Made by a program: the position numbers and the translations under genes. The notes below the pieces were generated by a model. That model was given only the letters and a program-made list of their open reading frames with translations. It was not told the DNA's origin and did no database searches. From positions 862,321 through 926,320 of the forward strand of contig NMRA01000086.1 of NCBI GenBank assembly GCA_002633005.1: a DNA stretch of 64,000 nucleotides, given 5' to 3'. Positions 53,898-64,000 of this stretch are shown in pieces. Source of the DNA: Phoronis australis. Lineage: Eukaryota; Animalia; Phoronida. Every line of letters begins with the position of its first letter. Position 1 is the stretch's first letter.

Positions 53898-55920
53898 GGT
53901 TATTGTTTACAATCCGACTCCATTAACGTACATACTTGATATTAACATTTTCTGAATCCTCTCGTCAGGGTGATCATGGTGATTCCAAAAATGTATTATT
54001 CGTACAGATTAGGATCTTTTTATTCATGCATTCACCGTTTTTACGAGCTGTTCATTTGCGGCAGCCGATCTCGAGTGACCGCCATTATAAAACTGCGACA
54101 CCTGCCGGCAGGAATGATAACTACAACGATCTTGCGTGTGTCAAAAAGACCCCAAAATTGGCTAGTATGTTGAAGATACCGCGTGGAATGTTAGGGAAAC
54201 TCTGAAAAAACTGTAATAGTCATTTATAAAGGATTCCCTCTTAAAAACTTCATTAGAAAAAACACGAGAGTGTGTGTTCTCACGGACAAATGTCGTCCTC
54301 GAAAACACTTGACATCTCGTGGTTAATCGTTAGTTATCAATCCTGCCGACAGGTGTCGCACTTTTGAAAATGGCTGCCTCACTAAATCCGCGTTGCAAAT
54401 GAACGCTTTGGAAAAACTTGGAAATTGTGAATAATAATCGACCAATCAGTACAAGTAATACTCGAGAACCCAATGGTCGTCCGCCTAAGCATAAAACCGG
54501 CTTGTTGTCGTACTCACCCAATCATTCCACTTCAAAGTTATGATCTGAATAGGATTTGATTTAACTCTCACAAATATATAGTATTCGTTGATTCAAACGT
54601 TTTCTTTTACTTATGCCGTGTTGTTCAACTGTGCATTGCTTTTCGGCAGCCATTTTATAATGACACCTATGGTCGTCATATGCTGCCGCCTTTTGAAAGA
54701 ACAGCAAACCACACAGAAAAAGGCCAAGAAAATAGTGGAAAGTGGTATACAGCAATTCTACTTCAACCACAAACTGCTTTACTAGTATGATATCGATTTT
54801 TAAATCGATTAAAATTGATTTAGAATTTCAGTTCTGGAAAATAAATCACGGCTGAGCCCTGGATTGTTTTATTCCAGATATACCTTACTTATTTCTGTTT
54901 GTGACCTCTTTATTTGACTTTTTGCTCTTGTTGTACTTAACACCACTTATCTTTGCTGTCTTACTTTTTCTTTTCAGTTTCTCTTCATTCTCTGTTAACA
55001 CCTTGTCAGCCAGAACAGAACTATAACCCTTTGAGACTTTGTCGGCGCAAGTTGATCATTGAACCTCAATACAATTGTTCTAATAAATTACCCATAATCG
55101 TATTGTTTGATTTTTTCTCATCTTTAACAGGCTTATGCAATCATAAATAAATAAATAAATACCCAAGTCGCATTTGAATTTTATTGCTCAATCTCTTCTT
55201 TTATTTTTGATTATGTCATGCTGTGTTGTATGTAACAATGCAATATAGTGAAATAAAGTCAATGTTTTACTTTATTGGTGGCCATTCTCTATCAATTCAA
55301 GTATTTTAATTTTCTTCAAATAAATTCAAAATGCTTTAATCAAAAATGTCAACATAAATGTCGAGCTCAGTACTGTGTTTTGCAATAAAAAAACAAGTGG
55401 ACAATGTTTTGATGACCAAGGCGTGGGTCGAAACTGTTAAGCACCCAACGTGTTCCATTTGTCTGCTGCGTTTTTCCTTTGGCCTAACAGGTGTCGGTTA
55501 GTGCCTGGGACAAATAGATACATTGCATAGACAATCCCTGAGTTGCTTTTTGTTCCGTCTGAAGAAAATTTAATTTCGAAAATATCTTCTGAAAATGAAC
55601 AAAAAAGTGCATTAGTAAAATCGACAAGTTTTTAAGTGGTCTCAAAAAAACAGTCGGTAAATGCACTAATTTTAGTCTCAGTTCTTCCATGCATGTTTCT
55701 CCCGAGAGGTTAATACCTAACGTGCAGACGAGCACTCCAAATTGGAACGCTAAGTCCCGCCTGGTTGCGCTGCACGCGAAACAAGATGGCGGACGACCTT
55801 TGGAGCCTGACGACGATAGGTATCCGGACTATACATTTTTGGAATCACCACGACTTGAGGATTCAGAAAATAGTAGTATCGAGTATGTACGTTAATGGAG
55901 TCGGATTGTAAACAATAACC
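53898..55920. mobile_element. ~2-kb non-autonomous TIR element with long inverted termini and a nested internal inverted repeat
   Basis: ggttattgtttacaatccgactccattaacgtacatact (53898) is the exact reverse complement of the sequence ending at 55920, and similarity extends about 100 bp. A second ~80-bp inverted pair lies at about 54050-54130 and 54327-54405. Confidence 0.8.
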
Positions 55921-58900
55921 TTATTTTGTACTCAGGGACTGTTTTGAAACAACTGTGAACTAGCACATTCCAAATTTCTTTAAAAACCGCTATTCGCGGA
56001 GTAGCAAACGCCATTGCCTTTTTTCTGAACGAGTAAGACTAGTGAGTAGTTGGGCGCATTCTGTCGACTTCGGCTATGTGACCGATTATTTTGAACAGTG
56101 GCATATTAGATAATGGTGCGCCAGAAATTTGATAAGAAATCGTTCATACAACGCATGTCAATAAGATCATCTTTTGGCCCCCTTATAAAACTCTCACTCA
56201 CCGAAGTTGCGGAAGTGGCGACAAAGAACTTCCCACGGTTAAACAATTTCGAACAGTTGATAAATGCCCAGGCAGCGCCCTCATGTGACAAGACTGAATC
56301 CTGATCACAAAAAAAACAATTCAATGGAAAAAACAGTTCAATGTAAAAAAAAAACAGTTCAATGGAAAAAAAAGTCCAAGGGCGGTATCACCTCGGAAAA
56401 TCGGGGCGAAAGACATTTTCTGCTTTTCCGGGTTACGTTCAAAGAAAGACGGATAGATTTTGGCAAATGACGGGACGGGATATAGAATTACTGCCGAAGT
56501 AGGCCTCAGAATAAACATGCCGAAAATACCACATGGATCTTGGTTAAACCTCTAATTAGTTTTTAGTGGCATTTCTTGGGCTTCGAAATTTCTAGATTGG
56601 CTACAAAGGGTAACGGCCGGGAGTTAGTAGTTGGTCACTAAACAATTGCCGTTTAACTGAACCTGACTAGTCACTGCCAACAAGGCCGGCTGGGAAATAG
56701 TACCGAATGAAAGTTCTTCGGATATCCAGTGAAGAGTAAAGTCATTTTAGATGCGCACTACAGTTTCAGAGCGCCGGTGCCATATAGCCACTATGATCAA
56801 AATGAGTGACGTTGGGCTTCCACAGGGCCGATTTTATGATGCCGAGAATCAATATCGAGATCGCCGAGTTGAAACTTTACTGCGGGCACTAGACCAGCAA
56901 TTTAGAGACCTGTGGTTCGATCCCCAGTTGGGGTTCTTGATTTTTTTGTGTATATTTCACTATTGGCCGTCTGTATGATTTACTATAGATGGAGATGGTT
57001 AGAACTGAATATGTCAACAAAGTGATTTTGGGCATCAAAACTGAGTCCAAAGCATTGACCAAGAAAAAGGAAATCGACGACTCTCTGTTGAAAGTAGGAC
57101 TACCAAGGTACATACCGTGAATAATACACTTACAAGGAAGTCACACATTTCTAGAGATATGCCGGAATTTTCACTCCTCGTCCTTCTGAGCGGCTTGTAC
57201 CAGGACCAAATTAAAGAGAGCACGCCGCCGGAATCAGGTACATTTGTGATGCCCGTATTGCCCGATGAGAGCAAGACCCAATTAAATGTAATTATTCGAC
57301 CATAAACTGTATTAGACATCTCTGACTGTACATAATGGCGAATTTTCAAAATGCATTAACCCCTAAACGAACACCACGGCGGCATTCAGCTGAAAAAAAA
57401 ACAACCAAGTTCATCGATTTTTAAAAATCGATGAACTAATAATCTAAAAACTATAACCATTGGGTACGATTGAAGTTACCGCGCGTATTGATATACTCGG
57501 TGGATATACAAACGCTGATCAGAGTTAACAATATCACATGGATTCATTTTTTAGTTTTTTTCAATCACGTTTAACCAGATTTTTGACCAGAAAACAGTTG
57601 TTGTGCCCACTTTTCATTTTTACCGTTCTGACAAAGAGCTAAGAATAGTTATATAGTCAGTGCCACCGAAATTGTCCAGAGATTCCAAATCTTCAGTTTG
57701 GTTATCATCATATTTGCACTTTTGTATATAATTATATTTTATGATTTGAGTTCTAATAAAGATTAAACTTCAATGACACGTGAAACGTACCTGTAATGTG
57801 GTAATTTTAGGGATGGGCTCACAATAAACTTAGCTAATTAAGTTTAGCTGGCGATCAAAATCTAGGCCCACCACTGTTTTGGTACTTCAAGTTCAAAACT
57901 TTGATAAGAAGTTATCAACCCGTTCCCGGTAAGAAAAAAAACAACAAGTGGACGAAAGCATCAAAAATCAAGTAAAGAAAACCAACATGAAACTTATCGT
58001 TCCTTTGGGAAATGGCCCTTTGTGAAGATAAAGTTAACCTTTTTAGTCATTTTGTAATATTTATAATGTACCAAGTTAAAACTACTCTCCAGAGTTGCAG
58101 GCTATAACTCTGCAAATGTCAGAGAAAACCAAATTGGGGGTACTAACAACAACCATTGTCGAGACAGTAAGTCTAGCAATTTCATTAGCTCAGATAGACT
58201 TCAATACAAAGGGCGTGGTGAATAGACATCGTAAAAGTTGCCTGGAGCTTGCCAGAGCGTTCACCAGTGTTAGCGAGAAATTCTCCACGTGAGACGGAAT
58301 ATAGAAATACAAAGTTCGGGATGTTTTATTTCCGAGGAATGGTTATCGTAGGGTCATCATGTTTGGGCACAGCCTGGTGTACTCTTTAACGGTCTAACCA
58401 GCCGCCGTTCTTTCATTTTGTCCTAGAGTTGGATATACTGATGCTCGTTCAGTGTATTCTGGCCGAAACATAAGAAACTTGCGGGTTTTTTTCTTATCCT
58501 TGGTCATGCCTTCTTGTTTGAATGCTAATTGTAGGATGCTAGTATACACTAAAGTGTAAGTCTTCATTTTCAAGAACAGTTTTATCATTATCTGTAAATT
58601 AGTTGATTGAAGTAATTATGAAGTTGGTTTCTTTTCATTTCACAGTATGGCTACTATGAAAATGTGAGGATGTGTGGTTTTACCACATCTGTCTTGATAC
58701 GCAAAAACCGTGTCACGTGCTCGTGCAATAAGCAACAGCGACGGTGGCGGCGGCAGCAGATAGCCTTAATTTCGTCACGGATTTTGTTAAACCTGCAACA
58801 GCCACTTTAAATACAGTTTGCTTCTTCTATTGGTAAATAAACAAGATATGTTGTGTTCCAAAAACGAACTGATGGAGACTGGTGGTTAATCTTCGTTGTC

Positions 58901-60047
58901 CCAGCATTTTCAAACCTTTCTATATATTTGGAGGCTTTTAGAAACTTGAACATCAAATTTACTTAGCGGGTTACTAGGTCCGCACTGAAATTTGTACACT
59001 TAATGTAGACTCTAGGGTCGAGAAAAAATGTCACGTGTCGTCATTTGCCTTCTCAACGCGGAGATATCAGACTTAAAATTTAAGACTTAGATGACTCATG
59101 CTGATGTGAAATAATTCCACTTACTTTTGTATCAGTAGTTCACCTGGATAGTGACAAGGTAATGTTCTTCATATGACTTGGGACTTTGTTTTAAGTGATT
59201 TTGTGGTGGCATTAAATTGATGGGTTAAAGAAAATAAGAAATAGTGCCTTGTGTATAGCTCGTAAAAGAAGGTTGAAAACACGTAATCACTTGCAGTATA
59301 TTTCAAGCCGGTCAAGTCATTACGAACAAACGTTTGACGTTCATATATGGATTCGGATTGTTCAGTCAAGAGGATTCAGAATTGAAAACATACTTTTATA
59401 AGGCTTGGCAAAAGACATTTAGTAGCTATTTGATAAAACGTGGGTGGACTTAGGAAGGGTTTTGCAATTTCATGAACTGCCGAAAAACGGACCTCAGCGG
59501 CGCGGTGGTGCAGAGTGCATACGCACCCTTCGCGCACCCTTGGCTAGGGCATGACTTGTTGGCTTACAAATTAAATGGTACTAAACCACGATACTGGCGT
59601 TCTACCGTTCAAATGGTAAGCACTGATTTAATCACACGTGGTTACTTCACTATCAGATGTCTCTCATGAAGCTGGGCGCCATAGTTGAGGTACTCTGGAA
59701 CAGAGTGAAAGATTTTGAACCGAGTACTTGAAGTTAAGCCCAACAACCAAAGACCTTCAACTTGAACGAACATTGAGGTAAGTGTGATATAGAATGATGT
59801 TCAAGTTGATGTTGTAGCAGCTTACTAATTTCCGTTACACTTGTTGTCAAGCCACTGGCGAATTTAGAGGGGGGCCAAGGGGGCCATGGCCCCCTAAAAT
59901 TCTCCAAGATTACATTTGGCAGTTCGGGGGTGCGGATTTCTGACGGGCAAAATCCTGGATCCGCCCCTGCAAGCGCTTTACTCTAGTGAACATGCGTGAA
60001 TCTAAGTATGTATTTCAAGTTACTGAACACACATCTACTTTATTTCA

Positions 60048-60836
60048 GATCTCGTGATCCAGCTGCCAGCTACGGCACCTGTTGTGTGTAATATAGGAGC
60101 TGGGTACATCACCGCTAGAGAACTGCGCCTCAGTGACTGCGAAGATTGGAGAATGCAAGAGGCAACGACAACGAATTATACAGCAGCTTCCTCACAGATT
60201 CATGTCTGTTGTGCGCCCTCACCCACACAGGTCGAATTGTAAAGAGCTCAGGCACTGGGACATCAGCGGTGTAGACAGAGGGGAGGGTCACCTGATAGGG
60301 GGTTGGGCACCTATAAGGAGAACAGCACAAACAAAATCGATGGCTACGTTTTTTTGGAGGGGGGGGGGGGTTGAAGGGGGAGGGCAAAGGCCGGGAGACA
60401 GACCAACACTTTAGTGTAACGACTTTGCGAGAGGCGTCANGATCTCGTGACGGATCCAGCTGCCAGTTACGGCACCTGTTGTGTGTAATATAGAAGATGG
60501 GTACATCACCGCTAGAGAACTGCGCCTCAGTGACTGCGAAGATTGGAGAATGCAAGAGGCAACGACAACGAATTATACAGCAGCTTTCTCACAGATTCAT
60601 GTCTGTTGTGCGCCCTCACCCACACAGGTCGAATTGTAAAGAGCTCATGCACTGGGACATCAGCGGTGTAGACAGAGGGGAGGGTCACCTGATAGGGGGT
60701 TGGGCACCTATAAGGAGAACAGCACAAACAAAATCGATGGCTACGTTTTTTTGGAGGGGGGGGGGGGTTGAAGGGGGAGGGCAAAGGCCGGGAGACAGAC
60801 CAACACTTTAGTGTAACGACTTTGCGAGAGGCGTCA
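60048..60836. repeat. Near-identical ~390-bp direct duplication joined by a single N (probable haplotype or assembly overlap)
   Basis: 60048-60439 and 60441-60836 differ only by a few SNPs and small indels; N at 60440. Confidence 0.85.
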
Positions 60837-61780
60837 TGTGACTACCGCATGGCTATACCGGGCGAGGGCACTAAACTGGTGACGATCTGGGTAAATTGGT
60901 GGGAAAAAATATCAATTCCTAAACGTGCGAATCCGCCCCATCCAAAGATGTCGCACTTGTCGCAATACGTAATTTAATGGTGAACTGATTTGATGAAGCC
61001 AAACGAGGCAAACGGTCTTTGAAAGATTTCGCATATAAAATTATGAACTTGAACCTAAAATATATGTAGCGAAAAGGGCACGCCAGAGTGGAACCAAAAT
61101 TCACGTAAAATGTCTCGCAAAACCAACAGAGCATTTTAAAAATCTCTTTAAAATTCAGTTTGCTGGTAGTAATCGTGCCATTCATCTCACGAAATTGTAG
61201 CGGGAGCGTAGGAGAACTCAAACAGGGGAGAACTTGCTCCACTCTCCAGAGGGTCTTTAGAGAAGAAGCAACAAAAGAACTGCTAGGAAAAGTTTCTTTC
61301 TTGTCGAGTCATTCTTGTACATTATACAGGTAGAACTAGCCTACTTCAAGTGCTATTTCATACCCATCGACAGCATTTTAATAATTGCAGTTAACATCTT
61401 CGTACCCGTCTCGGTTAATTATTTACACGTTGTCAGGTAAATTGCTTCTTAGGAATATTAATTAACCGGAACAAATAATCACAGCTTCACGCGAGGTCAT
61501 TGAGAACAATTCCGGAAATACCTCCTACGTCTAGTGCTCTAGTTGTAATCTGGAAAGATTTTTTATCGCCACGCTGGTTTTTATGATTAAAGCTGCATAC
61601 AGCCGAATTTTCTGCCAAAAGGTAAGCTTTGACTAAGGCCAGTCACGGTTATTAAATTGGTCTTGTTTCTTGTCTTGTTTCTTGTTCAGTTATCTGTGGG
61701 ATCGGCAAGAACTGACAGGTATAGTGATGCCTTCAGACCAAGCTTAGTAGATGGTACGCAATGGTAAGAGCTGAGGCCGT

Positions 61781-62114
61781 AAACTGCTGCACCTGAGTTT
61801 GGCGAATAAGACAGCTCGCTAAAATTCAAATTAAAATGATTTTTTGTACATCGGAACGCATCCTTGATATGGTGCAAAAATTTACCAAAACCGCATGTCC
61901 TCGCATTCTCTAAACAATAATCGCAAATCAGATTTTCCGGGGACACAGATCGATTTTTTGGCGATTGTAATCAGAAAGTGCAAGCACACGCGGCCTCGGT
62001 GATTTTTTGTAATCCTATTAAAGGTCATGCTTCGTTTCAATCTATAAAATAAGGAAAAATAATTCTTTGAATTTTAGCCGTTTTATTCGCCAAACTCAGG
62101 TCTACCTACTTTAA
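61781..62114. mobile_element. TTAA-type MITE
   Basis: acctgagtttggcgaataa...gctaaaattcaaa is inverted at tttgaattttagc...ttattcgccaaactcaggt; right end ttaa. Confidence 0.6.
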
Positions 62115-64000
62115 TAAAAATTGACTTTTTACAGAAAACACGGGTTTAATGTGTGATAGCAAGTAATCGGTGAGTGTGAACCTCACCAAAGGCATAGCCG
62201 CTCCCCGCATCGTGGGATCATTAAAAAAATGATCCAAAAGTTACTCAGTGATATTCAATGACTGTTATTCAGAACACGTCGTCTGCGCATTGCAACTCAA
62301 GATCGCTTTTGTTTTCTAATAGAATCCTGAGGCACACTGGTCACCAGTGTTTAAATGCAACTGAGCTGTGTGTGTTAGTATAAGTCAAACTGCAACAACG
62401 TAAAATGAGTTTAACTCACAAATTTGTTTACTTAGGTAATTATAAGTATATTCATTTCGGAAATACAAATTTTCCAAATGGATGGTTTCCGCTTGCAACA
62501 TTCCGCCTCCTAGGCCGCTGCCGGAAAATTGATTAAAAAATGGTAAAATGCGTCGCGCAGTTGTTACTCCGATTTATGAAAATAACATGCCTTGCGTGTT
62601 TACATAGTTCTAAATTGAATGTTAATTGAAAAACCACCGGCAAAATGGACAGATTTGTTGCTAACAACAATGATCCGACCGGTTGTCAGGTTACTATGCA
62701 TGTAGGCTTACCGGGAAATTAGGTCTAGTACCACATAATCCCTAAAAATGTACTTACCTAATTTTCGTTTTGTTTTCCCGTCACTTTCGCCAGCTTTACC
62801 ACTGTTTTCATCCCTGAAAAGTAATTACTCGTGTTCGTGCCCCGGCTTATTCCTTCCTTAGCCAACGAACCTTAGTCCGAAAAATTCAATATGTATCGTT
62901 GGAAGAGAAAACATTTCAAAAATTTGTCAATACTAACTTTGTTTTCGACTTCGAGTCGTTAGAGGGTCCTATTTTTAAAAATTAACACCACATTTGGACT
63001 TTAGACAACTGACTCCCCGTAGCAACAGACCATTTAACTGGCAAAGTCGTCTGTGTAAGGTCAAGGTCATTATCCTTTCATTGTTCCATCCATGTATAAT
63101 TTGTTTGGGGGTGGAGGTACTAGGCCTACTGTGTTGATGTACTCTAAGCTCTTTGAAAATTATGTGACGGGCAAAGTCATAGCTTGTGACAATCGTGGTA
63201 TATGGAAATCACGTGGTTCTAACAATAGTGGAAGGAGTTATTGAACTTGCGAAAAGGAAAGCACTAAACACGCATTTCACTGAACAATAAAAATTGGTGA
63301 CGTATGCACGTACGTGGCAACTGATTGCACCAAAGGCCATAGCGTGTTGATCAATTAGACACCTCGAGATTCTAAATTGCAATTTAATCATCTAGAGATA
63401 TCGAAATCCCAAGATGATTTATCAACTGATATTGTGCACATTATGATCAATATATATATAGTTAGTGACCATTGCTCCCGTTGACGTCACGCTAGGTTAA
63501 TGATCGTGACAGTCTCCGTCCCTGGGAACAACCAAAAATGAGATGTCAAAAACTTCAAAAGTATGCTGACTGCAGTTACCGTATTGAAACATTTGCGCGT
63601 GGTTCATAAAAAACTCCTATAAGCTCAGTCATTCGTGATCATTTCTAACAAATCAACAGGCTAGTTCCGAGTCATTAGAGTACAAAGCAAACAATAAAAT
63701 TGAACAGAATCTCAGATATTTACGTCAGACAACATCTCAACAGTTGTTCGAAGCGTTTTCATAAAATACATTTATTTGGACACAAATATTTTAAGATTAT
63801 TCATGACTCGAGTTTGCTGGTCAACCGATGCCAAGGTAATCGGCGATAGCAATAAATTGGTACTGAAATGGAATTGATGAAGACTTGCCTTGTCTTCGTA
63901 TCGGGGGCTAATTACTGACCATGAGGCGAACTTGTGAAAACACGGCTGCCTCTGTTGCCTTGCCGGATGAATACTAAATCCATCGGGCATATTTAAATGC

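Noticed and set aside
57035-57349. Minus-strand ORF with a gtaagt donor near 57132 as a coding exon
   Set aside because: No recognisable protein similarity and no confident partner exon.
60048-60836. Tandem duplication with 93-141 aa ORFs as a duplicated gene
   Set aside because: The copies abut at a single N and differ like alleles, which is probably an assembly overlap; no recognisable protein.

Overview
Eukaryotic (invertebrate-like, AT-rich, spliceosomal introns) genomic window; no prokaryotic features or CRISPR. From left to right: (1) a minus-strand methylmalonyl-CoA mutase gene (MMUT) with 16 reconstructable coding exons over 1-15413, one GC-AG intron, and a 3' end running off the window; (2) head-to-head with it, a plus-strand tandem cluster of three intact, strongly diverged cytochrome c genes (19469-33214) with identical exon phases; (3) a convergent minus-strand gene for a ~500-aa zinc-finger/RGG/GY-rich putative RNA-binding protein (34690-52276); (4) many non-autonomous DNA transposons, a decayed THAP-domain transposon spanning an 842-N gap, and minisatellites. 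The most notable observations are: the middle cytochrome c carries a natural K72A, an MGxxxS N-terminus and Cys102; the three paralogs are splice-compatible, with an inverted MITE pair bracketing the last exon of copy 1; tandem repeats are seeded at MMUT splice donors, one of them built from exon sequence; and an intronic repeat carries an array of CTCF-like motifs. All calls were made by eye and no searches were run.
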